Counted from the stretch's first letter, positions 11,786 through 25,425 are shown. The stretch: 64,000 nucleotides of DNA from Okamejei kenojei (GCA_035221665.1 CM069145.1:15500001-15564000); one strand, 5' to 3'. Numbers and translations are program-made. The notes: generated by a model from the sequence alone, not told the origin.

Positions 11786-12220
11786 GTTTAGAGATACAGC
11801 GCGGAAACAGGCGCTTTGGCCCACCGAGTCCGCACCAACCAGCAACCCCTGCGCATTAACACTACCCTACACACACTAGAGACAATTTACAATAATACCA
11901 AGCCAATTAACCTACAAACGTGTACGTCTTTGGAGTGTGGGAGGAAACCGAAGATCTCTGAGAAAATCCACGTGGTCAATGGGAGAACGTACAAACTCCG
12001 TACAGACAGCACCCGTAGCCAGGATCAAACCCGGGTCTCTAGCACTGCAAGAGCTGTAAGTTAGCAACTCTACCGCTGCTTCGCTGCCCACACCGTGATG
12101 TGGGACCTCAGGCCCAATTTTTACAATGAGAAGTGAGCATGGCGTGGATAGAAGGAATCCATAATGTTTTGAAATGACAATGATTGTTATTCGATGACAA
12201 TTCTGATAAATTTGATAAAT

Positions 12221-12698
12221 AATTGGTATTGGTTTATTTTGTCACATGAACTGAGATACAGAAAAAAAAACTTTATTTGTGTGCTAGCCAGTCAAATTAT
12301 TCTATGCATGAGTACAACCACGTCATACATAATTGCATCAGATAGTGCAAAGAGAAAAAGTGCAAATCATATTGATATGAGCATTTAATGCTATAACTAA
12401 AGTTATAAGTGCAGATTTAAGAAAAGGTGAAAAGGTTGCATTGAAGTAGCTTGGAGGATTGGGACAACATCCTTAGCTGATGAGAGAACTATTCAGTAGT
12501 CTGATGACAGCATGGAAGAAGCTGTTCCTGAATTTGTTAGTATGTGCTTTCAAGCTTGTGTATCTTTTGCTCGACAGGAGGAAGAAGAAGGAATGACTGG
12601 GGCGTAAATGGCCCTTACTTATTTTGGCTGCTTTCCCGAGGCAGTGTGGAGTGTAGGTGGAGTCATTGGAAGGAATGCTTGGTTTGTGTGATGGGCTG
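12221..12698 (-). mobile_element. Rex1/Babar-like LINE 3' end, degraded
   Basis: Reverse-complement similarity to 5400-5858 (gaagctgttcctgaat..., ttggtttgtgtgatgggctg; tail ggtttattttgtcacatg). Confidence 0.55.
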
Positions 12699-14071
12699 TA
12701 CGAAAATTAAAATTCGGATAAAATGGAGAACTATTTGAAATTTTCCATAACAATAAGAAGAAATTTCATGTGTGTCAAATATTATTATATCTGTTTCACT
12801 ATCTTTAAGTAGATTTTGTTTTAAGTAAAATAATTCAGTAATTCAATTCTCCTTTGTCTTTGTACATGTGCTAAACAATCCTGAAATAAAGCGTGGTATT
12901 GCTTAGTAGAAATGTCACTTGCACTTGGCATTATTAAGACAAAGTGGTTTTAACACCACCCTTGATAAAGTGCTTTCCTGCCACAGGTGGCTTTTCTATT
13001 CTTAGCATGTTAATCCCAGCCTGATCAAAAACCAGCACAAGTTATATATTGTGGTGTAATGTCAAGCCCAAAACATCTGAAATTAATTATTATTTCTTTA
13101 GAAAAATGATAGTCGGTAATTGAATGGATGACACAAGTGTTCTTGGTTTAACGCTAAAACTAATATTCTGTTTTATTTGATGGTTATGCTGTTTTCACTT
13201 TGGAAAAATAAAACACAGAAGCTGGAAATTTGAAATTTAAGCAAAAAGAAGCGGAAAATACACCACAGGTCAGACAACAGTTATTGTATTTTTATAGATA
13301 GTAAACCTACTTCGGAAGGGAGATTAAGGCATCTGCTTTTACATCAGTTAAAATTAAATATCAGGTGCAGGCAGTCAACACATGGTCCAGGGTATGTGAT
13401 CTCAGAAGCGCAACTGTTGGTACATTCAAAGCTTTCAGGTGACTCTCGCACCTGTCAAAAGTCAAGGGTTAGGTGTGTTAAAGATGTTAATCAAAATCCC
13501 AATTCAAGAAATTTGGTCACCAACTAGTTGCCACTCCTGCCCTGTTCTTGGTCTACTTTGGCTTCTCTTGATAACAGTATGGGCTGTTGATGGGTCAGGC
13601 TGACCCCTCTCTTGTTAGCTTCACCATACACTACTGCCTCTATCCAAGCATCTCCCTCTCCCTATCAAACCATCCGAACCCCAGAACCTGAAGCTGCATC
13701 TGTTTCTCAAGGCTCTTTTTGTAGCAAAAGGAAGCTCAAGGCTTACGTTTGAATATGTCTAAGGCCAATATCTACACACTGGTGATTCTGCTTTAATGAT
13801 TACTTCATAGCACCTTGTGACAATAAATATATTTCTCAGTGAAACAGATCTTTGAGATAGGAAAAACATATTACCGTGAAAATTGTAACAGACACAGATT
13901 AAATATACAGATTTTGTTTATTTAATAAACTAAAAATTGCTGATTAAAATATGGTATGAAACTAAAGACAAATATATCTTTAAAAAGACAGACCATAGCC
14001 AGAGGTGAAATGAAAAATTAAAAACGTAAAATTATATCAGATGTGTTGCACAAATGCAAATGGATTCTAAA

Positions 14072-14438
14072 AGTGTGTAAGAAGGAACTGTTGATGCTGG
14101 TTTAAACCAAAGATAGACACAAAAAGCTGGAGTAACTCAGCAGGACAGGCATCATCTCTGGAGAGAAGGAAAGGGTGATGTTTTGGGTCAATACCCTTCT
14201 TCGGACTGGTTAGGGATAAGGAAAACAAGAGATATAGACGATGTGGAGAAATAAAGAACAACGAATGAAAGATATGCAAAAAATTAACGATGATAAAGCA
14301 AGCGGGCCATTTTAAGCTGTTTGTTGGATGAAAATGAGAAACTAGTGCGGCTTAAATGTGGTAGGGATAGAGAGAGAGGGAATGCCAGAGCTACCTGAAG
14401 TGAGAGAAATCGATATTGATACCACTGCCCAAGCGAAA
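14072..14438 (-). mobile_element. Penelope-like element 3' end with degenerate hammerhead motif
   Basis: Aligns to the tail, pseudo-LTR and 3' UTR of 55351-55740. The hammerhead core is mutated (minus strand CCGAAGA...CAAAACATC). Confidence 0.8.
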
Positions 14439-17400
14439 AAGTATTTGGTCCATCCATTTTAAAAAGATGAATGCCTTGTCTGTCCTTGCTAAACACTGAG
14501 AATTTAGCAGCTGGTAACTATAGCTCATTGCACTGGCATAGGAAACTATATGAATAATTCTCTATTGGCACCTATGAATTGTGCTCACCAACTATAGGTC
14601 CCAGGCTATTCAAGAGATATTGCTGCAGATGTAATGTGAAGGATCCTAAGTATTCTGACATTCTCCCTTCTCCAGAAATGACTTAATAAATGACAAAAAA
14701 TTAGATTTTTTTTGTCAATTTTTTTAGAAAGTATAAAGTTTTGATCCAGAGTTACCAATTTGTGAATCACGACTAATGAATGATTATAGGTGTAATCACC
14801 CTACATTTGCTTATTTCCCACTGTCATTTGAGACTATGGTAACAAAGTACAAAATATCTGTAATACTCAAACACACTCTGGATTCAGCTTTATTGTTGTA
14901 TTTAGCTTGCATTAATAATAACTGCATTAAAAGTGATAATAAAAACAATAGTGCACCAAAATCAGAACAATAAGATGAAATTAGCCTATTAAATGCAATA
15001 TAAAATGTTGTATGGATGTTTATATTTTCTGATACTAATTCTAATTTCAACATTTATTAAAATTAGTATTATATGTGCTAAAGGGAAATGTGTTCCAATC
15101 GTATGCAAAAAACTATTATTTTCAAAGCTAATAATGAAAGTTGAATTAATTTACTTGACTGAAAGAATATCAAACACTGTCCATTTAAATGCAATTAAAA
15201 TAATAATGTGGTGGGTTATGTTATTAGTTAACAATAGAGGCAAAGCATTCAATGCTTTTCTTAAAATGTATGCTTATATTTGTAAGGCTATGTTGTGGAA
15301 GACTATTACTTTTTACGCATTATGGCAAAAATAAATATTCCACAATATTTTATCAATGTTGCTGAGAGCTTTGATTTAGTCAAGGTGAATAATCAGAGCA
15401 AAAGGGCATTATCACCATGCATTAATGCTCACTTGAAGCAATTGTATTCATTTACAATACTCTACATTCTAAAAACGTGTGACATTCGCAAGTTACAGTC
15501 ACACATACAATGACTTGCAGAATTCAACATAATTCTCCAGGCATCATTCACCACAGTGCTGATGCGCTCCAAACAAGCAAAAAGTTTAAAAAGTACATTT
15601 TTTAATTGTGGTAAGTGTCATGTAACATATATTTTAACATTAATATTAAATAAGAACATCTTAAACTGAATTGTAAGTTCCTTGCTTTGCATTTTACCTG
15701 GACTCTGGAATTCTGACATTTCAACCAAATAGATTAACACAAGGACTGGAGAGAAGATACTCAACTTACTTTAAAAAATAATAATTTAATAAATATTGCA
15801 AAATGCATTTGTTTTAGAAATCATTTAAGGGAAAGATATTGCAGACACTATTTCTGATTACCATTAATTTAATGACTATATTGTGTGACCTCTGGGGAGC
15901 AAAAACATTGCTGTTTAAAAAATACTTGATTACTGAATTCCAACATTGGATTTAAGGTTTACGTTCCCATGGAAACGGAACACAGACTGCTGGTGAATGA
16001 ATGTCCCATGCCTCTCAGACTGTTGAATGTCTTCTGACATCATAAAATCAGCTTCCTAATTAGCTATAAGTGGCATAATGATCTGGAAACATAATAGGTA
16101 CCAAAGTGTGAGTTAAATAGTATTGCCGTATCTCAAAGTTCAGACCATGTTTATGGTCTACTTGAACTTTCCCCTTAATGGTTTTCGACATAATCGGAAC
16201 ACCTTAATTAGCTGCCAGCTCACTCAAAAGTAACCCTTTTCATGTAATTATATTGTTAAATACATGCACTCCCCATAATGCCGATGCCAAGGATGTTTAA
16301 TTTTGTGCAAAGCCTTATTTTTTTTTAATCCTTTTTTTTGCACATTCTGACAGACATTGACATTTTAATTTAATGTATTTCACTAAAAGAAACAGAAACA
16401 GAGTTTACAGGTAGCCGACCTTTAAATGCCTGACCATAACTTGTATTCTCAAAATTATTTCTTGTAGTTTTAAAAGCAATTTATAGTTTTTTTTTTGTTT
16501 GGGTTCCTCCTAAAGGTTCAACTATTTTGATACAATTGGATGACAATTATGATGTGCAGAGGATGGAGGGGGTCACCAGCGTAAATTATTCCAAAGAGTG
16601 AAAGGTAAATGCAAATGATGTGTGGTCACATTATGGACCTTTTGAATTGTTCCTGCTTCATGCCTTTAACTCTGTGGCAAGGCTTGCTCCACACCCTGTT
16701 CGCATTCACTTGAATGACAGACATGTGTGTGAGTGCTGGGAAGTTTTGTAAGGTTGCTTGTTGCTGTCCCCTGTGGAACGACTGCCACATTTGAACTGAA
16801 CTCCAGGGTCACCTGGTACGTGCCCTTTCACACCGTGACCCGCTTTCCAATAGTTCACTGAGCAAGGGAATTGAACACTGTTGGGCAAAGACAGTTACTT
16901 CAGGAAGTCGCGCACAGCTTCAGTCCGCGTTCGCTCAGATTCTGACACTTTTAAAACACTTAAATGTTTAACCTTCAACACTTGAGAAGTTGTCATAACA
17001 TTTGCATTTATCCGGAGGGGTAGTGGAGGGGGTAACGCTGTCCTTTTTTTAAAATATATGGACCTCTGCCCTTGCAGGAGAAAGTGCACCCGCGGCTCAA
17101 GACTCAATGGAACCCCCTGCTTGTCTGAAGTTCTTTGCTCGTAGTCGCTCATCCATTTCCCCGATTACTTTAACTCTGTCAAAGACAAAGCCACGAAGCA
17201 CAAGCTACATCCCGCCTCCCCGGTACCAGTTAGACTGCGCTTGCGTCTGTGCGGGGGTTTGCACTGGCCAGGCGACCCCAATTTGAGATGTAGACAGAAA
17301 TTGCAAAGATTTTCCTTGTAAGTAAGTAAACTAGCCCAGGATCACGCTTTCACAGAACATAAATAAACACGACATGACGGGTAAATAGTTCCGACTCTGG

Positions 17401-17823
17401 CTTTAAAGGAAAATCTGTCTAGTGTCTAATTATCCATGAAAGGTAAGCGATGTTCTAGATTTCACACTACCTTGACATGCCATAACAGTCTCAGTTATAG
17501 GTTATAGTCAGATGCGCTCTCTTTATTTTCCGTTTAAACATCCCTTTCGGTGTTATTTGGTATAATTCACATTTAGTTCGTAAAAACGTTACCAGCAGCG
17601 CATAAGGCGTTTTCAATGTTTCTGCAAAATAATTTGTTTGAACACGTCCATTAAATAATGAATTTACCGATTATTATACATTGATGCATGTTTGCATTTC
17701 ATGGATATGTATTACAGATATGTGTTATGTGTTTATAACGGATAATATTAATATACAATAAATTACATGTTGCAACTTTTTCGAATTTTTCATTCTAGTG
17801 TTTCTTAATTCTTAATTTTCATT

Positions 17824-18347
17824 CCTAATTTGAGGAAGGACATCCTTGCTATCAAGGGAGTGGACGTCGGTTCACGAGGTTAATCCCCGGGTTGGCGGGA
17901 CTGTCAAACGAGGAAAGATTGGAAAGACTGGGCTTGTATTCACTGGAATTCAGAAGGATCAGAGGATATTTTATAGAAACATATAAAATTATAAAAGGAC
18001 CGGACAAGCTAGATGCAGGAAAAATGTTCCCAATGTTGGGGGAGTCCAAAACCAGTGGCCACAGTCTAAGAATAAAGGGGAGGCCATTTAAAATTGAGAT
18101 GAGAAAAAAAAACTTTTTCACCCAGAGAGTTGTGAATTTGTGGAATTCTCTGCCACAGAAGGCAGTAGAGGCCAATTCACTGGATGAATTTAAAAGAGAG
18201 TTGGATAGAGCTCTAGGGGGCTAGCGGAATCAAGGGATATGAGGAGAAGGCAGGCATGGGTTACTGATTGTGGATGATCAGCCATGATCACAATGAATGG
18301 CGATGCGGGCACGAAGGGCGAAATGTTCTATTTTCTATGTGTTCTAT
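17824..18347 (+). mobile_element. CR1-clade LINE 3' fragment
   Basis: ORF 17892-18224 contains ERLERLGLYSLEFRRIRGYFIETYKI...FFTQRVVNLWNSLP, followed by a 3' UTR and (TTCTAT)-type tail. Confidence 0.9.
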
Positions 18348-21300
18348 TTAGTAACAATTTGTTACGTAAGTATTTGGATCACATTCATTATGCTGATTAA
18401 AGGCATCCCAAACATCCCTTCGTTATTTGAACGATGTGATAAACGATATCAACATCGTTAAAAGTTTTAAACAAATCAATTTTCTGTGAATGTACATTCT
18501 GTCACTGATGGCAATTCCTCATTCGGTTTTAAGGTTGAAACTATATCCTCCATCATGTGCTGCAGCGTAAAAGGTAGAGTGTTTAAAGTATTATTATAAT
18601 AGCCACGAATCAATTCTAAAAAGTAAACAACCACACATTGATCGATCTGTCAGGAATATTGTTGATTTATTCAAGGTGCTAATTTCCTTGATAGCGCATT
18701 TAATGCTCAGTAGGTGAAGCTGAGTTCATCGAGCTCAAATCCAGATTGATGTTAAAATATAAAAAATAGCAACTCAAAAAACTCGAGCAAAAGCCATCTG
18801 AGCGACCAGTCACTTCACCCCACCAGTCACTTCTGAGGTTAAGTCATTAACTTTGCAGTCTTCTCTCTTGCCATAATCAATAATCAGAAAGTGGCCACTC
18901 TTCATCCATTTGATTATATTGCGGAAGGTTTATGCTTCGTTAGCACCTTCTTTGGGGGTGCGCTTTCTTCAGTACTCTTCATGAAACAAAATTGACGAAC
19001 GCAAATGAACTATTGACTACCCATTCCATTTTAGGAAAAGATATCCTTAAAAGATTATCAGAGCGTTTTGTTTTAAATGTGAGATTTCAAAACATAAACG
19101 GTCTTGTTTAAGTTTTAAACTCTTTAAGTTGTTATCCTGCTTATATGCAAAGGTTCCTTTAGGTGGCGCACTGTCACCATGGTACGAGAGTTGCGATTTT
19201 TGATCGCTATCCAAAAGCGTTGCTAATATCTGTGATTGCAAGAAGTTAGCCTATCTCTTGTTATTCATTGATGCCATCTGCGTTAAAACGCAAACTATGA
19301 ATGTAGGGAGAAAACGTGCCCCCGTCAAAAGCAAAAATTAGCTGTTAAAATGCAGATTAAACATGTTTGCCATTCATGGACCTATCGTGCAATTTCCTAC
19401 AGCAAATATTGTTACCCTCTTCAAATTAATTTCGCTAAGCCAATGTATTAGAATCAAACTTTGTTCTAACTCATAGTATTCATTCCTTCCAAATTATGTG
19501 CAAGCAAACACATTCCAGGATGTAATACTGTATTTAACTTTGTCCCATGTTTTCTTCAAGTAAATTAACATGCTGAATAATTTAGATCTAGTTCAAGGGT
19601 AATACCTTACTGGCAGTTTCAAGTGTGCGGGCGCATCTCTGGTAGTTTAACAAATTACTGTCAGTTAGAGGAGCATCTCATCCCTAACAACAAATTTGGA
19701 AATCTCGTTGACTAATCTTAACAGTGAGGAAGCCCGCAGTGTCTTATTTTATTTCCACTCCTTGCTTTATTGGGACAAACTGCATATTAATTGACTGGAA
19801 GCAATCTATGTTCTTGCATTGCCCCCCAGCTACGCTTTCGGCAGCCAAACCGCCCAGCTTTCTTTCTTCATTACGATCTGTTGAATAAATGCAAATTGCG
19901 GCGTGGCATTACGAAAAGTAAATTGGCAACAGCTTTCCAATCAATAGTTCTATTAGTATGAGAATATACCAAATTTTAATGGAAATTATTTTCCTATGCA
20001 GCGCCTATACTGCAGGAGACACGCGATTAGAATACGCAGTCTGTTAAAATGAGGGTTTTGGATTTTATCTGCGAACATTTTAATTTTAAATACAATACCG
20101 TCAAGCATAGCAGATTGAAAGTTTCGCTATTGGTTACGAGCGTATATAGATCATTGTCTCCGGTTCCCGATTTTAAAAGATAGAGTTTTGAAATATATAT
20201 TACGTTTCGGCTATTTCAAAACAGTCACATTTGAATTCGTGTTCTTGCAATTGGAATGCAAAAGTCAAGTCCCACAGCAGTGTGTTATACAGTTCTCCTC
20301 AATGGGCTGAACTGAAGCTACACTTCATCACTGACTATCTCACCCTAGGTATCACATCTGGATTGAACATATTAAATATGACATCAACGTCCGGTCACTT
20401 ACAAAATAATATCAGATTTAATTAAAACGAAGTGTGTTTTATTAAAGGGCATTACAATATTTAAAATAACGCAATCGATCCTTCTCCATCCAAATTCCAC
20501 CTCTGCTTTGCCCGGGACCGCGAAGCTTCAATTTGCACATTGCAGCGAACTTCCTGAGGTGGAGGACAAATTAAAGTTGATACTTTGGGCTGATTTATTG
20601 TTGAACCCTGCGAGATTTTAGTGAACCAATTTTTCTCTGGACCGGACGTTTCATTGATCCCCATTCACCCAGATGCGCAATGTCTGATGCCCCGAATTGT
20701 CGGGATGGCACTGAAATTTGCGCATTTCACTGATCAAGTTTGAGATATTATCCAATATTTCCCGATATGTATAATTGTTGAAGTTTCTTGTCACTCAGGG
20801 GTACGCCAAAATGCGTCCAGGTGAAACCTCGGAAGTAGCTGTAGCAGCAGCGCTCTCCGTTGTGAGAAGATGCCCCGTTTACATACAAGAAGGACTTTTG
20901 CACGATTTTTTTCTGACTGTCGGGCACACTCTGGTATTTCTCTCCCCGCTGCCATCCGCTTTGACATTTGCCCCACTCTTCTTAGACTGGCCACTTTTCT
21001 AAAGTGGTCAGTCTATCTCTACCTCACCAAAAAGTTGCATAGAGTGGACAAATCGACCTCTCGCGCGTTACTGCATCATTTTCATGTATGAATTGCTACC
21101 CATGCCGTAGCGATCTCAATGGTGAAACTCTGCAGCGCGTTCAGATAACTATTTTGAGAGATGCAGTCGATTCGTGCATTTCTGTTCTCACAAAAACAAA
21201 AGTTGCCGATCTGGATATTAATTAATGCGCGGCGGATTTTTTTTTTTAAATAAAGCTTCAAAGTTGCAGGCATTCAGAAGCGGGCACCTGAGAACGGGAG

Positions 21301-24300
21301 AGAGATGCGACTGGTGGGCGCGTAAAGGTGCATTAGTTCTGAGGGATATTCGGGGAAAGTTGGTAAGGAAATCTTAGTGTGAGCAGCGGGCTCCTTTCCA
21401 CGTTCGCGATGTTGGCGAGCTCTTCACGGAGTCCAGATTGATCCCAAAGCCGAATCTCCGGCCCTCCCGAGGCGGCGCTATTTGTCAAATGTACACCTTA
21501 CAGGTTGTAACGTGAAAACAGGGATTGAGACTTTCCGCTAAATCTCTGCAAGGCGCTTCATAGAATAGCCCTTTCGGTGGGGGAAATACTCAAAATATCA
21601 ACTAACCGTAGTTTCAATTGATCAAAGCCAAAATAAAATCAACATCATGCGTGGTTATATGTTAGTGCGGAGAACTCATTTATGATTCGTGATGTTTTTT
21701 TTTTAATGTAAGTTCTGTCATAACATCTATGTGGACGCTGAACTGCATAAAGGGAACCTAACATTTTTAATCGATCAGTTAATATGTGGATTTTATTATG
21801 GATGCGTTAGAGGTTCCCGAATGACTGTTGTATGGTTATCTTCGAGAGAATAAAAATGATGCGGGCTAGCTATTTGTTTATATCGCGTAAGTTGTAAATA
21901 TATTGCGGTCAATTAAAAGTGTCTAACTGGGATCGGGGTATGTAATACGCATCGTACGTATACATTCAATGTAATACGCATTGAATGTATGTTACATACT
22001 GCGGTAAAAGACTTCCCCTCCCGTTCTCACCTCGCGTATGCCGTATCACTCGAGTTAATATTGTGGCCCTTTGTGTCATCTTCACAGCAAGTTTTAGGCA
22101 CACCACGATTATGTTACCTTTATTTGAAAACTGTAGTTATGTATGCGCGAAATGGCCCTGGGCGCCCGCGAGTGGAGGTGTACTTGGTCTAAGTATTTTG
22201 TTTTAAAAGTCTGTTAGGAATATATTTTTTATTTTTTTTTAAAAAAGGAGGTGAGGGGAGGACTAGTAAACACCAACAATTAGCTCAGTTTTAATCATTT
22301 AGAAGACGTCTACTTTTTTTTATTGAGGGGTTGGGGGGAGGGAGGGGAGGGAGGGGAGGGGGGGGGGGGAATAACATCTAAAACCACTACATTATAAGTG
22401 AACAAAGGCAGTCGAGTGTCCACACAAAACAACGTTTGTAAAACGGGGTTGAGGGTTAAAGCAAGAAGGCAAAGCGGGAGATTTGGTGAAAAGCAGTGTG
22501 CTCGCTTGGCGATTGTGATTTTGCAATGTGTGTGCACTGGTATGATCGGCGAGGAGGGGACAGCTGGCGCGGGGGACATGGAACTCCCAGTGTCCATCTG
22601 ACTGGGTTTGCCTTGACATCTGGGGGACCACTGGTGTGTGGCACGCGAATCGCTTGATGTCGCTATTTATATGCAAATTGTGTGTATCATTCAACCTCTC
22701 ACCGTAAATTTACAAAAGGAACACTTCACATAATACGGAGGATCGTTACTTCGGGAGGTCTTTGACTGGACCATGCAAATCCGATTCAATCCCGCAAGCT
22801 TCTGGCTCTCTTTGTCCAACAGTGGTTGCTAGCTAGCTCACTCCACAAACTAAGAACCCGACTGATTCCCCTAGTATTTCACCACACACAACTGTCCCCA
22901 CTGCCAAGTATGATTTTTTTTAAAAATATATATAAACCAGATAATTCAAACAATATTTGACAACAAACAGCCCATAAAACTGTCTGGCTCATTGTCCTAC
23001 TCCATTGTAGTAAATTATTTAAATGTGTTCCGCGGGTTCACTTTTTTTTTCCCAGCCGAATAGATCGTTCGACAGTCTCGCTTCAATTTGGACGGAGCTG
23101 TTTGCTTGCAAAGAAGAAGGCGCGTGTGTAATTGTAGATGCTTTAAGGTGCTATTCGGGCGAATGTGCTGCTACTATTCCCCTCTCTGGGAACAAAGGCT
23201 ACCTGGAAAATTTTAAGGCGCTTTCAAAACACGGGAAAGTTATTTGTCTGAACGCCAAAGTCACTTTATATTGAAGAAATGAAGTTTGAGTCGCTTTTAT
23301 GCGACCCGTCCCCTACAAGAAATGGCAGCGGTAAATTGTTGTGTCAATACGGAGTCGTCACATTTCCCCTCGATTAAATTTGGGTTGTTGCAAGCAGTTT
23401 GTCAAAATGGTAAATTTGGGGTGGGCGATAAAGGTTGTATTTTCCACGCTATCGTCTGGAGCAGTCGTCGGCCACACCAGATGAGAATAGAAAATGAGCG
23501 AAATATATTCAGCCCAAACCCTGTTGTGAGGAACAGCTGATTCCCCTATTCTGGCCAGATGGCTTCTGAACACAGATTTGCATTAATTTTCGCCTAATAT
23601 CTTCAAAAAAAAAATAGTGGTGCAGCTGCATTTGTTGTCCAATACGTTTTAAAACTCTTTGGCCGCAGCACGGATGGAGGCTCTGTGACGGTTTCGCGGA
23701 ACTTTCCAGGTTACGTTTTACAGTCAGATTTAAAAGGATTTGGCTAAAACCCTATAATTTGGTAATCAGATTTAAATCGCCTCGGCGGGTGTAATCTGGT
23801 ATGAGAACACTGTCAGTGACTTGGTGCAAAACACGTTTATCAGATTTGGAGGAAATCACTTTAAATATATTTAAAATTAAATAAATGATTGATAAAAATG
23901 TGTTCACTTCGACTCGCTGGTGTTAAAATTACCAATGTTATATTTATATTGCTGCACTCATTAATTACTAATGCATGTTTACTATAGCGGAGCTTAGCAT
24001 ACATGTACAACACAAGTGACTCGCAGAATGAAAATGCGCTTAAACGCTTTACAGGTTTCAAACATCGCACTTAGAAGAAAGGTTTACTTTCTGCAACTTA
24101 TTTTTATTTTCGGTTGAGATGTAATAATTGTGTTAATAATACAGATGTACAAGATCGATACAACACTGATTCCTACAGCTCAGAATCTCTTTTTATTTAT
24201 TATGCATATTGTTCCCTGCACGTTTTGATTTTAAAATACAGACTTAGGATTCTGTAGATCTATATGGCATCTTAATATGTGATGATTGCTTCTGAAGACT

Positions 24301-25418
24301 AATCTTATTACTTTCAATCGCCATAAAATATGATTTTATTATACTTACGTATTTAATTAGACGCCAGCAATGTAATGGATTTTGAAATCGGAATAGCAAC
24401 AGCTTTGATAATTCACTTATCTGTCGCAATAGTCATTAACCCCCAACACCAGAAAATAGATTGCTCTAACACATCTCTTTCTCACCCTCAGCGGACTATT
24501 GAAATTCAAGTGTTATGGTGTCCCCAGATAACAGAATTCGGACTTCGATTTTCACCGATTAATTAAAATATTAGCGTACATACTGTGCCAATTGTCAAAT
24601 AAAGGATGGCAGTGCTAATACGAACGAAGAGAAGGAGCTGATTATTGAGTAAGTGACTATCCCTGATTCTCTCCCACCAGCCAGGGTTCTTACCTTTAGT
24701 TATAAAAAAAAGCAGAGGGCAGGCTCCGTCCCCAGGGTCCCCTCTTCTGGGCACTAGCTAATATCTCTGAAAGGCTAGTTTTAGTCAACAAAAATCTAGT
24801 TAGAAATACATGTGGATCTTCAGGAATTCCCGGTGATCGCATATCTTCATACTGTATCATCTACCTTCAGATCGTCGTGTAGATTCACAGCCGTTATTGC
24901 GGCCCCTTATATTGTTAATATAAAATGTACCTCGGAATTTGGATATTGATTCAATGGACATTCCGAGATCTTTAACCCATAATTGATTATGTGATCACAT
25001 GGATAGGAAAAATGTTTATAATACGCCACTTTACACACAACAAACTACAGAAAGAAGACACGTCGTTTGATAAGAACGTGTGTTTTAAATAAACACTAAA
25101 GACACCCCTCTCCTCAACACGGACATAAACATGCACATGCACACACTTACACGCATAGAGACACACAAAATTCAGGTTTGTAATTAATTTGTCAGGTAGC
25201 TTCAATGTAGGGTTGTATTGATTTTCTGGCCATATATTGCACTGTCCAGCAACCATTTGTAGCCAAGGCCAGTCAAGGCACATTCTCCACGCGTTAGTTT
25301 ATAAGTTTAAGTGCACACTTCATCCGCAAGTTCTCGCTTTTGATCAGAGTGTGTTTCAAGTAACAACTTTTACCCCTTTAATTTATGTTTGAAGAAAACA
25401 ATTCGCATCCGCCGTGTG

Positions 25419-25425
<7 letters not shown>

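Larger units (their letters stand above)
11623..12096 (-). mobile_element. tRNA-derived V-SINE (HE1-like), interrupted in its tail by a nested insertion
   Basis: Same family as 4872-5176 and 43256-43550. The (GTTTA)n tail at 11623-11643 resumes at 11786 (gtttagagatacagcgcggaaacagg). Confidence 0.8.

Noticed and set aside
21465-21478. Additional CTCF-like motif TCCCGAGGCGGCGC
   Set aside because: Four mismatches to the core in a CpG-rich context; likely chance.
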